In this document: positions 15,954 to 24,000 of the stretch, piece by piece
Numbering within the stretch: the stretch's first letter is position 1
How the letters are laid out: every line of letters begins with the position of its first letter
NCBI RefSeq assembly: GCF_023701695.1
Contig: NZ_JAJOZC010000001.1
Span: forward strand, 3,075,894 to 3,099,893
From: Streptomyces sp. RKAG290
GTDB lineage: Bacteria > Actinomycetota > Actinomycetes > Streptomycetales > Streptomycetaceae
Length of the DNA stretch: 24,000 bases
Direction: 5' to 3'
Program-made: the position numbers and the translations under genes
Notes under the pieces: generated by a model
Told to the model about the DNA's origin: nothing
Databases searched by the model: none
What the model saw: only the letters and a program-made list of their open reading frames with translations

Positions 15954-15979
15954 CAGGTCCCTCGCGGGCACGGCATATC

Positions 15980-16699
15980 GTGCCTGGCATGCATACGTTT
16001 CCGACGCAGGCCGTGATCCTGGCGGGTGGCCAGGGGTCGCGGCTGCGCCCGTATACCGATGACCGCCCCAAGCCGATGGTCGAGATCCCGGGTACCGGGA
16101 CTCCGATCATCGGCCATCAGCTTTCCTGGCTGGCCGCGGAGGGCGTGACCGATGCCGTGGTGTCGTGCGGTCATCTGGCCGAGGTGCTGCAGGAGTGGCT
16201 GGCCGAGGCGGTGCTGCCCTTGCGGGTGACGACGGTGGTGGAGTCGGAGCCGTTGGGACGCGGTGGCGGGCTGAAGTACGCGGCGGCCCGGCTGCCCGCA
16301 CCGCAGGAGCCCTGGTACGCGACCAACGGCGACATCTGGACGCGCTTCTCACTGCGCGAGATGGCCGCCTTCCACGCGGAGCGTGACGCGACCGCGACGC
16401 TGGCGCTGGCCCGCCCACGGATTCCGTGGGGTGCGGTCGAGACGGACGCGTTCGGGCACATCACCGACTTCATCGAGTCGCCGCCCTCGCCGTATCTGAT
16501 CAATGCCGGGGTGTACGTGTTCTCGCCGGCGTTCACGGGGATGCTGCCCGACCGGGGTGACCACGAGCGGACGACGTTCCCCCGGCTGGCGCGGGAGCGC
16601 CGGCTGGCCGGCTACCCGTTGCCGCACGGGGCGTACTGGCGGGCCATCGACACGGCGAAGGACCTGACGGAGGCGGCGAAGGAGCTGGACGGGAAGTAG
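15980..16699 (+). CDS. Nucleotidyltransferase-family protein (NDP-sugar pyrophosphorylase, mannose-1-P guanylyltransferase-like)
   Basis: AVILAGGQGSRLRPYTDDRPKPMVEI is the G-x-G-x-R-L signature of sugar-1-P nucleotidyltransferases. It also has ...EPLGRGGGLKYAA...NGDIW...INAGVYVFSP. The start is GTG 15980 or ATG 15989. Confidence 0.85.
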   Translation: MPGMHTFPTQAVILAGGQGSRLRPYTDDRPKPMVEIPGTGTPIIGHQLSWLAAEGVTDAVVSCGHLAEVLQEWLAEAVLPLRVTTVVESEPLGRGGGLKYAAARLPAPQEPWYATNGDIWTRFSLREMAAFHAERDATATLALARPRIPWGAVETDAFGHITDFIESPPSPYLINAGVYVFSPAFTGMLPDRGDHERTTFPRLARERRLAGYPLPHGAYWRAIDTAKDLTEAAKELDGK

Positions 16700-16733
16700 C
16701 CGGCCCGGCTCCCGGACGCAACGAGGGGCACAA

Positions 16734-16779
16734 CGAGAGGGGCGGGCACGGGAGATGGTTCCCGTGCCCGCCCCTCTCG
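16734..16779. terminator. 20-bp perfect inverted repeat (loop GATGGT) between convergent genes; bidirectional terminator candidate
   Basis: CGAGAGGGGCGGGCACGGGA (16734-16753) / TCCCGTGCCCGCCCCTCTCG (16760-16779). It lies between the stop at 16699 (+) and the stop at 16802 (-). Confidence 0.75.
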
Positions 16780-16801
16780 GCGTGTGTGCGGTGGGGCGGT
16801 G

Positions 16802-18487
16802 TCAGCCGAGGAGGCCGCCGATGGGGTTGCGGCCGCCGCCGCTGCCGCCGCCTCCGGTGGTGCCGCCCGTGGAGCCGGTACCGGGGTCCGAGCCGCCTGT
16901 GGTGGCGCCGCCGCCGGCCGGGCCGGAGGAGCTCGGGCCGGAGCTGGTGGCCGGGGGCTGCTGGGGGGTGGTCTGCTGCGGGGGCTGCTGGCTGGTGCCC
17001 TGGGTCTGGCTGGGCTGTCCGGTACCGGCTGCCGCCCGGCCGGATTCGCGGGCGGGGTCCGTGGCGGGTGTGGAGGCCTTGGCGGACGGGGTGTGGGGGC
17101 GGTGCTGCGGGACGGGGTGGGCTGCTGTCCCGCGGGGGTGCGGGAGGCCTTGCCGCTGCGGGACTTGTCCGGGAGCGGGGAGCCGGGGAGCTGGTTGGTA
17201 GGTACGCCGTCGGGCCCGGGACGGTGACGACCTCGGAGGAGCGGACGGCGCCGCCGAGCATGGAGCCGATGAGCAGCGTGAGGCCGACGACGACGGTGGC
17301 GACGACGGCGCCGCGGCGCAGCACGCGGCGGCGGAGGTCCCAGATCTCGGAGCGGGGGCCGAGCTTGCGCCAGGCCTCTCCGGCGAGGCGTCCGTCGACG
17401 GAGTAGACGGGGGCGCCCGCGATGACCAGGGGGCTCCAGGCGGCGAGGTAGATGATGTCCGGCGCGTCGTAGGCGGCGACGGTGCGCCAGCTGACGGTGA
17501 CCAGGAGGGCGGCGGACAGGAGGGCGCCGACGGAGGCGGCGACGCGCTGCCAGAGCCCGAGGACGGTGAGGACGCCGACGACGACCTGGAGGAAGGCGAT
17601 GGTGAGTCCGGCGCCGACGGGGTGGGAGAGCGCGAAGTCGCGCAGGGGTTCGGCGAGCGCCCACGGGTGCAGGGACGTCAGCCACTTGACCATGGAGCCG
17701 CGGTCGCCGCCGTCGAAGTAGACGGGGTCGCAGAGCTTGCCCATGCCGGCGTAGATGGAGATGAAGCCGAGGAAGACGCGCATGGGCAGCAGGACGACGC
17801 CGAGGTTCATGCGGCGGCCGGGGTAGTACGCGTGCCGGACCGAGTCGGCGCTCTGGCGGCGGCTGCGGCCGTCGGCGCCGTCGAGGTCGTCGTCGTCCGT
17901 GTCCCGCGGGTATCCGTCCGCGTCGAACCCGTCGGCGTCGTACCGTCCGGGCCCGGTGTCGACGGCGTCGTAGGCGCCGACGGCCTGCCGCATCGGGGGC
18001 AGCAGCGGCCCGCCGTGCCGGGGCCCGCCGATGACGGGGTTGGGCTGGGTCTCTTCGAGCCGGGGGATGACCTGGGTGCCGGCTCCGCCACGTCCGCCGT
18101 CGAGCTCGTACGAGGCGTAGGGCTCGTACGGGTCGTAGCCGGTGTCCGGGCGCCCCACGGTGTCCGTGCCGCCCGCGGTACCGGGGCGGCCCGCGGTGGA
18201 GTTCCGTACGGCTTGGAGGAGTCCGGTGGCGCCGGGGTCGCCGGGGCGGATCTGCCGCTCCACACGACGGGGGCGCGCCGGCCGCGTCCTGCTCCGGGGG
18301 CGCTCATGGCGGGGATCCTGGGCGCACCGGCGGGGGTCACACCGCGCAGCCGTGCGCGCTGGCCGGGTGCGAGCTGCACCCGGAAGCTGGCGTGGTTGAC
18401 GATGACCTGCGCAGGGTCGCAGTCCACCTTGGTCATGCTCAGGGCGGGTTGTTCGTCGAACCGAGGCGTTCTGGTGTCCACACTCAT
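16802..18487 (-). pseudogene. DoxX-family membrane protein with a long cytoplasmic N-terminal region and a Pro/Gln/Ser/Gly-rich C-terminal tail (~562 aa); three 1-nt frameshifts as assembled
   Basis: ATG 18487 gives MSVDTRTPRFDEQPALSMTKVDCDPAQVIVNHASFRVQLAPG...GRRAP. It shifts at GGGGG 18269-18273 to RRVERQIRPGDPGATGLLQAV...DoxX core NLGVVLLPMRVFLGFISIYAGMGKLCDPVYFDGG...LTIAFLQVVVGVLTVLGLW...LLIGSMLGGAV...VVTVPGP. It shifts at 17212-17214 to DGVPTNQLPGSPLPDKSRSGKASRTPAGQQPTPSRSTAPTP. It shifts at 17098-17101 to PSAKASTPATDPARESG...QQPPQQTTPQQPPATSSGPSSSGPAGGGATTGGSDPGTGSTGGTTGGGGSGGGRNPIGGLLG, with stop at 16802-16804. Total length is 3n as assembled, consistent with three missing bases. The N-terminal join is the least certain. 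Confidence 0.65.
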
Positions 18488-18618
18488 CTAACCGAGTGAT
18501 GTGTGTTTAGGACACTGCCTTGACGGTGTCGAAGTGTCCGAGGCCCGTCAACAGGTGGTGGTGGGGCGCGGCGGGGCGTACGCGGGGCCGGATGCGCCCC
18601 CGGGAAGGACCGGCCGGG

Positions 18619-18655
18619 GCGGCGGACGGCGGAGGTTTCCTCCGTCGGCCGCCGC
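18619..18655 (-). terminator. Imperfect 17-bp hairpin (2 mismatches, loop TTT) downstream of rlmB
   Basis: GCGGCGGACGGCGGAGG (18619-18635) / CCTCCGTCGGCCGCCGC (18639-18655), 27 nt beyond the rlmB stop on the minus strand. Confidence 0.45.
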
Positions 18656-18681
18656 CCGTGCGGGTGGTCCTGCCGGGCCGG

Positions 18682-19636
18682 TCAGGCGCGGCGGCGGGCG
18701 ACCTCGTACATCACGATGCCGGCCGCGACGCCGGCGTTCAGGGACTCGGCGCCGCCGGGCATCGAGATGCGGACCCGGTAGTCGCAGGTCTCGCCGACGA
18801 GGCGGCCCAGGCCCTTGCCCTCACTGCCGATGACGATGACGACGGGGCCGCCGAGGGCCTCCAGGTCCTCGACCGTGTGCTCGCCGTCGGCGGCCAGGCC
18901 GACGATCGCGATGCCTTCCTTCTTGTACGCCTCCAGCGCCCGGGTCAGGTTCGTGACCCGGGAGACCGGGGTGCGGGCCGCGGTGCCGGCCGAGGACTTC
19001 CAGGCTCCGGCCGTCATTCCGGCGGCGCGGCGCTCGGGGACGACCACGCCGTGACCGCCGAACGCGGAGACGGAGCGGACGATGGCGCCGAGGTTGCGCG
19101 GGTCGGTGACGCCGTCGAGGGCCACGATCAGCGGGTCCTCGCCGTTGTCGTACGCGGCGGCGGTGAGGTCCTGCGGGTCCGCGTACTCGTACGGCGGGAC
19201 CTGGAGGACGAGGCCCTGGTGGTTCAGGCCGTTCGTCATCCGGTCGAGCTCGGGGCGGGGGCCTCCATCAGGTTGATGTTGCCGCGCTCGCCGGCGAGCT
19301 GGAGGGCCTCGCGGACCCGCTCGTCGTTGTCGATGTACTGCTGGACGTACAGGGTGGTGGCGGGGACGCCGTCGCGCAGGGCCTCGAAGACCGGGTTGCG
19401 GCCGACGACCATCTCGGAGGTGCCCTTGACGCCGCCGCGCCGGGGGCGGGGCGGCGGTTGGCGGCCTGCTTGGCCTTGGCGGTCGCGATGCGGTTCTTCT
19501 TGTGCTTCTTACGGGCCTCGGCGGGCGGCGTCGGGCCCCTGCCTTCGAGAGCACGGCGTCGGTTACCGCCGCTGCCGACCTGCATGCCCTTCTTGTTGGA
19601 TGTGCGGCGGTTCCTGCGCTGGCTGTTCCCGGCCAT
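18682..19636 (-). pseudogene. rlmB: 23S rRNA (guanosine-2'-O)-methyltransferase RlmB (SpoU/TrmH family, ~318 aa); two 1-nt frameshifts as assembled
   Basis: ATG 19636 gives [65 protein letters not shown]. It shifts at GGGGG 19442-19446 to [61 protein letters not shown]. It shifts at GGGGG 19257-19261 to [26 protein letters not shown]...[34 protein letters not shown]...[11 protein letters not shown]...[20 protein letters not shown], with stop at 18682-18684. Length is 955 nt = 3n-2. Confidence 0.85.
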
Positions 19637-19683
19637 GACCTACCTGTTTCGTTGCTTCAGACATGCGTACGTATAAGTGAAGT

Positions 19684-19709
19684 GTGCCGCCCGGCGGGCC
19701 GGGCGGCAC
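19684..19709 (-). terminator. 11-bp perfect hairpin (GTGCCGCCCGG-CGGG-CCGGGCGGCAC) just downstream of cysS
   Basis: Read directly. It lies 10 nt after the cysS stop codon (19719-21) on the minus strand and upstream of the rlmB start. Confidence 0.6.
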
Positions 19710-19718
19710 TTGGGAGGA

Positions 19719-21122
19719 CTACTGGCGCGGGCCGAGTGTCCACCGTGGTCCGGTGGGGCTGTCCTCGATGACGAGCCCGGACTGGTTGAGCTGGTCGCGG
19801 ATGGCGTCGGCCGCGGTCCAGTCCTTGCGCTCGCGTGCGGACTGGCGCTGGTCGAGGACGAGCCGTACGAGGGTGTCGACGACGCCGTGGAGGTCGTCGC
19901 CGCGGTCGCTCTCGCCGGCCCAGTGGTCGTCGAGGGGGTCGAGGCCGAGTACCCCGAGCATGGCACGGACCTCGGCGAGGCGTGCGACGGCCGCTTCCTT
20001 GTCGTCGGCGGCGAGGGCGGAGTTGCCCTGGCGGACGGTGGTGTGCACGATCGCGAGCGCCTGCGGGACACCCAGGTCGTCGTCCATCGCCTCGGCGAAG
20101 GCGGGCGGCACCTCGGTGGCGGCGGGGACGGTCTCGCCGGCCTTCTCGGTGACGCGCTGGACGAAGCCCTCGATCCGCGCGAACGCGGACTCGGCTTCGC
20201 GCAGGGCCTCCTCGCTGTACTCGATCATGGACCGGTAGTGCGGGGTGCCGAGGTAGTAGCGCAGCACGATCGGGCGCCAGGTCTTGACCATGTCGCTGAC
20301 GAGCACGGAGTTGCCGAGCGACTTCGACATCTTCTCGCCGGACATGGTGACCCAGCCGTTGTGCACCCAGTACTTCGCGAACTCGTCGCCGAACCCCTTG
20401 GCCTGGGCGATCTCGTTCTCGTGGTGCGGGAAGATCAGGTCGATGCCGCCGCCGTGGATGTCGAAGGCGGTGCCGAGGTACTTGTGCGCCATGGCGGAGC
20501 ACTCCAGGTGCCAGCCGGGACGGCCGCGGCCCCAGGGGGTCTCCCAGCTGGGCTCGCCGGGCTTGGACGCCTTCCACATGGCGAAGTCACGCTTGTCGCG
20601 CTTGCCGGTCTCGTTGTCGCCGGAGGGCTGGCGCAGGTCGTCCAGGTCCTGGTTGGAGAGCTCCAGGTAGCCGGGGAACGAGCGCACGTCGAAGTAGACG
20701 TTGCCGTCGGCGGCGTAGGCGTGGCCGCGCTCGATGAGGCCCCGCATCATCTCGATCATCTCGGTGATGTGGCCGGTGGCGCGCGGCTCGTAGGTGACCG
20801 GGAGGCAGCCGAGCGCGTCGTAGCCCGCGTTGAACGCGCGCTCGTTCTCGTAGCCGATGGCCCACCACGGGCGGCCCTGTTCGGCCGACTTCCTGATGAT
20901 CTTGTCGTCGATGTCGGTGACGTTCCGGACGAACGTCACGTCGTAGCCGCGGTGCTCGAACCAGCGGCGCATGATGTCGAAGTTCAGTCCGGACCTGATG
21001 TGCCCGATGTGCGGGGCGGCCTGGACGGTAGCGCCACAGAGGTAGATCGAGACACAGCCCGCTGTGAGCGGGACGAAGTCACGGATCTGCCGGGCGCTGG
21101 TGTCGTACAGGCGAATAGTCAC
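19719..21122 (-). CDS. cysS: Cysteine--tRNA ligase
   Basis: 467 aa, intact: MTIRLYDTSARQIRDFVPL...VSIYLCGATVQAAPHIGHIRS (HIGH motif) ...KMSKSLGN (KMSKS motif). GTG start at 21122. Confidence 0.95.
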   Translation of the reverse strand: MTIRLYDTSARQIRDFVPLTAGCVSIYLCGATVQAAPHIGHIRSGLNFDIMRRWFEHRGYDVTFVRNVTDIDDKIIRKSAEQGRPWWAIGYENERAFNAGYDALGCLPVTYEPRATGHITEMIEMMRGLIERGHAYAADGNVYFDVRSFPGYLELSNQDLDDLRQPSGDNETGKRDKRDFAMWKASKPGEPSWETPWGRGRPGWHLECSAMAHKYLGTAFDIHGGGIDLIFPHHENEIAQAKGFGDEFAKYWVHNGWVTMSGEKMSKSLGNSVLVSDMVKTWRPIVLRYYLGTPHYRSMIEYSEEALREAESAFARIEGFVQRVTEKAGETVPAATEVPPAFAEAMDDDLGVPQALAIVHTTVRQGNSALAADDKEAAVARLAEVRAMLGVLGLDPLDDHWAGESDRGDDLHGVVDTLVRLVLDQRQSARERKDWTAADAIRDQLNQSGLVIEDSPTGPRWTLGPRQ

Positions 21123-21235
21123 GCCTCAAGGGTAGTGGGCGCGCACCAGTGCCCCGCGACCCCTTGGGGGATTGCGATGACAGTTGTTACGGCTCCGGTT
21201 CGCCGGGCAGTGGTCCGTGACCCGTCCGCGGGGGC

Positions 21236-21640
21236 TCAGAGGCGCCCGACGACCTTCCTCGGGGTGATCCGTACGACCACGCGTTCGTCGTCCTCGCCGG
21301 ACGCCGGGTTGAACTCGGCGTACTTCTTGCCGGTGTACTTCAGGGACAGCTCGTCGATGAGTTCCTGGCCGCCCTCGGTGGTGAGGGTGGCGGTGCCGCG
21401 GATCTCGGCGTAGGTGTACGGGGCCGCGAAGGGCTGGAGGACCACGGAGACGCGGGGGTCGCGGGCGATGTTCTGTTCCTTGCGGCGGCCGGTGGTCGTG
21501 GAGATGAGTACGTCCTCGCCGTCCCGCTTCACCCAGACCGGGGACACCTGGGGGCTGCCGTCGGGCTGGATGGTGGCCACGGTGACGAAGACCGGGGTGT
21601 CGAGCAGCGACTTGAGTTCTGCGGAGAGTGCGGCGGTCAT
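21236..21640 (-). CDS. PPOX-class (pyridoxamine 5'-phosphate oxidase-like) probable F420-dependent enzyme, 134 aa
   Basis: AGGAGG RBS and ATG 21640 give MTAALSAELKSLLDTPVFVTVATIQPDGSPQVSPVWVKRDGEDVLISTTTGRRKEQNIARDPRVSVVL...YAEIRGTATL...RVVVRITPRKV. This is the typical split-barrel PPOX pattern. Confidence 0.85.
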   Translation of the reverse strand: MTAALSAELKSLLDTPVFVTVATIQPDGSPQVSPVWVKRDGEDVLISTTTGRRKEQNIARDPRVSVVLQPFAAPYTYAEIRGTATLTTEGGQELIDELSLKYTGKKYAEFNPASGEDDERVVVRITPRKVVGRL

Positions 21641-21963
21641 GGCGTACGTCCTCCTGTGCGGGCCGGTGATTCCCTACGTCTACCCCAACCACCGGCTCTT
21701 CTGCCCGCATTCCGGCCGCGCCCGCGAAAGCGCCGCTCGCGGCGGGGCGTGGTGGCAGCCGTCCTGCGGGGTGGCACGCTCACCCGGCGCCCCTACGTCG
21801 TCCCGCGTCCCGCGCCGCCTGTCCCGGCCCCAGGGCGGTGGCGGGGCGAGTACGGACCAGGGGGGCCGTTCCCCGTAGGGCAGGTTCCCGAAGAGTGGCC
21901 TGCCCCGTTCGGGTGACGGGGGCGGGGCACCCGGGCCGGTACGTACCCGTCCGAGCGGCAGGT

Positions 21964-21991
21964 GGCGGGCCCGGCGAGCAGGAGGCCCGCC
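21964..21991 (-). terminator. 8-bp GC hairpin (GGCGGGCC-N12-GGCCCGCC) downstream of ispF; weak terminator candidate
   Basis: Read directly, 16 nt after the ispF stop on the minus strand. Confidence 0.3.
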
Positions 21992-22006
21992 GGGTCCGCG
22001 GCGGGG

Positions 22007-22531
22007 TCAGCCCGTGCGGTAGACCAGTGCGGTGGCGATCCCGGCGATGCCCTCGGCCCGGCCGGTGAAGCCGAGCCCGTCGGACGTGGCGGCGGAGAGC
22101 GAGACGGGCGCGCCCACGGCGGCGGACAGCACCTTCTGCGCCTCGTCGCGCCGCTTGCCGATCTTCGGGCGCACGCCGACGACCTGGACGGCGATGTTGC
22201 CGATCTCGAAGCCCGCGGACCGCACGATCCGGGCCGCCTCGGTCAGCAGCGTGACCCCCGCGGCGCCGGACCACTCGGGGCGGCCGGTGCCGAAGTGCTG
22301 CCCGAGGTCGCCGAGCCCGGCGGCCGAGAACAGCGCGTTGCACGCGGCGTGCGCGACGACGTCGGCGTCGGAGTGTCCGGCCAGGCCGGGGCCCTCGCCC
22401 TCCCAGAGGAGACCCGCGCACCACAGCTCGCGGCCCTCCTCGAAGGCGTGGATGTCGGTCCCGATCCCGACGAGCGGGATCACCGGCGCGGAGCGCTCAC
22501 CGGAAGCGGCCGTCGTGTCCTCAGAAGCCAT
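22007..22531 (-). CDS. ispF: 2-C-methyl-D-erythritol 2,4-cyclodiphosphate synthase
   Basis: 174 aa: ...[61 protein letters not shown]...[19 protein letters not shown]...[21 protein letters not shown]. These are the canonical IspF motifs (DxH, HSDxD). The start overlaps the ispD stop by 11 nt. Confidence 0.95.
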   Translation of the reverse strand: MASEDTTAASGERSAPVIPLVGIGTDIHAFEEGRELWCAGLLWEGEGPGLAGHSDADVVAHAACNALFSAAGLGDLGQHFGTGRPEWSGAAGVTLLTEAARIVRSAGFEIGNIAVQVVGVRPKIGKRRDEAQKVLSAAVGAPVSLSAATSDGLGFTGRAEGIAGIATALVYRTG

Positions 22532-23267
22532 CGTTCGCCCTCCTGCGTGCGAGTACCGCCTCGGCCAGGACCAGGTCCAGCGGCCGGGTCACCTTGAACG
22601 CCTCCTCATGACCGGGTACGACCACGACGGGCGCCCCGAGCTGCTCGACCATGCCCGCGTCGTCGGTCGCGCCCTCACCGCTGACGGCGACCCGCTCGTG
22701 GGCGCGCACCAGCGTGTCGCGGTCGAACCCCTGCGGGGTCTGCACGGCACGCAGCCGGGCCCGCACCGGGGTGGAGAGCACGGGTTCGGGCTCCCCCGGC
22801 GCACCCGGCTCGACCTCCTTGACGGTGTCGGCGAGCGGCAGCGCCGGGACGACGGCGGGCGCGCCGTCGCGTACCGCCTCGACCACCTCGTCCACCGTGT
22901 CGACGGGCACCAGCGGGCGGGCCGCGTCGTGGACGAGGACGACGGAGATGTCCGCGGGCAGTGCGTCGAGGCCGAGCTTCACCGACTCCTGACGGGTCTC
23001 ACCGCCGGGTACGACGAGGAAGTCGGTGCGCTCGGGCAGGGCGTGCTCGTCGAGCAGGTTCCTGACCTCGCCGGCCCCGTCCGGCGGCGCGACGACCACC
23101 ACGAGGGACACCTGGCGGGAGGCCGCCATGGCCCGGACCGCGTGGATGAGCATGGGCGTCCCGCCCAGCGCGCGGAGCGCCTTGGGGGCACCCGGGCCGA
23201 GCCGTACGCCGCGGCCGGCCGCGGGAATCACGGCGGCGGTGCGGCAGGGACGCGATTGATCAGACAT
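22521..23267 (-). CDS. ispD: 2-C-methyl-D-erythritol 4-phosphate cytidylyltransferase
   Basis: GGAG RBS and ATG 23267 give [24 protein letters not shown]...[17 protein letters not shown]...[12 protein letters not shown]...ADTVK...VQTPQGF. I prefer this start to the ORF-track start at 23348, which adds 27 non-conserved residues. Confidence 0.9.
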   Translation of the reverse strand: MSDQSRPCRTAAVIPAAGRGVRLGPGAPKALRALGGTPMLIHAVRAMAASRQVSLVVVVAPPDGAGEVRNLLDEHALPERTDFLVVPGGETRQESVKLGLDALPADISVVLVHDAARPLVPVDTVDEVVEAVRDGAPAVVPALPLADTVKEVEPGAPGEPEPVLSTPVRARLRAVQTPQGFDRDTLVRAHERVAVSGEGATDDAGMVEQLGAPVVVVPGHEEAFKVTRPLDLVLAEAVLARRRANDGF

Positions 23268-23687
23268 CGGTTGCACTCCGAAGCATCGGCATGTTTGTCT
23301 TCCCGGCGGACGTGGGTATGGGCTCAATCGATCCGGGCGCCACGCCATGACTCGACCGGGACCCTTTCCGTGACCCCGGGCGAGGCAGGGATCAGCCCGG
23401 CCGCTCGGGATCGGCCTGACACGTCGACTTCACAAGATCGCGAGCAAGGTACCGGGGGATCGTCGATGAGGCCAACGCGTCGGCGCATCGAGAACAACAT
23501 CCGGGATCATCGGGCGCGCCGCCCGTAGGCGTCCCGCTGCCCGAAATCCGTGGTGTGGGCGTCCGTGGCACCGGAATCCGTAGACCGGGGCCAGGGTACG
23601 AACATGCCGCAGCGCCCGACGACACACCGTGAAAACGGCTGGTCAGCGGGCACCGCGGCACATTATTTACGACCGGTGCGATCCGGT

Positions 23688-24000
23688 TCAGGACGCGAGG
23701 ACCTCGTCGAGCAGAGCCTCGGCCTTGTCCTCGTTGGTGTTCTCCGCGAGAGCAAGCTCGCTCACCAGGATCTGGCGAGCCTTGGCGAGCATGCGCTTCT
23801 CACCTGCGGAGAGCCCGCGCTCACGCTCACGACGCCACAGGTCGCGCACTACTTCGGCGACCTTGATGACATCGCCCGAGGCGAGCTTCTCGAGATTTGC
23901 CTTGTAGCGACGGGACCAGTTCGTCGGCTCCTCGGCATACGGTGCGCGCAGCACCTCGAAGACCCGGTCCAGCCCCTCTTGCCCGACTACGTCGCGCACA
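23688..24000 (-). CDS. carD: CarD/CdnL-family RNA-polymerase-binding transcription regulator, C-terminal ~104 aa; the 5' end lies beyond the window end
   Basis: ...[103 protein letters not shown], stop at 23688-23690. This is the conserved CarD C-terminal domain, and its position upstream of ispD-ispF is the same as in other actinobacteria. Confidence 0.9.
   Translation of the reverse strand, partial: VRDVVGQEGLDRVFEVLRAPYAEEPTNWSRRYKANLEKLASGDVIKVAEVVRDLWRRERERGLSAGEKRMLAKARQILVSELALAENTNEDKAEALLDEVLAS

Noticed and set aside
16612-17685. 357-aa minus-strand and several plus-strand ORFs (16755-17406) rich in Pro/Arg/Gly
   Set aside because: They are alternative frames of the low-complexity tail of the DoxX gene. 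Only short pieces are used in my reconstruction, and the rest is frame noise.
19677-21413. 578-aa plus-strand ORF
   Set aside because: It is antisense to cysS (HIGH and KMSKS motifs on the minus strand) and to part of the PPOX gene. The composition is Gly/Ala/Val/Arg-rich.
22032-23528. 498-aa plus-strand ORF
   Set aside because: It is antisense to ispF and ispD, which are unambiguous on the minus strand.
1-24000. CRISPR arrays, rRNA genes, integrases, toxin-antitoxin or known defence-system genes
   Set aside because: I scanned both strands by eye and found no regularly spaced direct repeats, no rRNA-like conserved blocks, and no recombinase, Cas or defence-type domains in any credible ORF. 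The only mobile-element protein is TnpB.

Overview
High-GC, Streptomyces-type chromosomal segment, mostly conserved core genes. The right half is the housekeeping neighbourhood carD-ispD-ispF, a PPOX/F420 enzyme, cysS, rlmB, a DoxX membrane protein, a nucleotidyltransferase and msiK. From memory this matches the S. coelicolor SCO4232-4240 region. The left half holds an M1 metallopeptidase (partial), an hbpS / senS-senR haem-redox sensing module with a downstream ankyrin gene, a pentapeptide-repeat protein, two FAD oxidoreductases, a quinone oxidoreductase, a GNAT plus APH(6)-like kinase pair and a rhomboid-like membrane protein. The only clearly accessory feature is a solo IS200/IS605-family tnpB between tRNA-Thr(UGU) and the msiK upstream region. 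It has an intact RuvC D-E-D triad and Zn ribbon, and no tnpA; a candidate omega-RNA region lies at its 3' end. A major technical signal is at least 10 single-base deletions, all in short G/C runs and all in the same direction, that break 6 otherwise conserved genes, with up to 4 more suspected. The ORF track therefore contains artefactual fused and truncated ORFs, and I rebuilt those genes across frames by eye. I see no CRISPR array, no rRNA and no convincing novel multi-gene system. The tnpB element and its guide region are the best candidate for follow-up. All motif calls are from manual translation; no searches were run.
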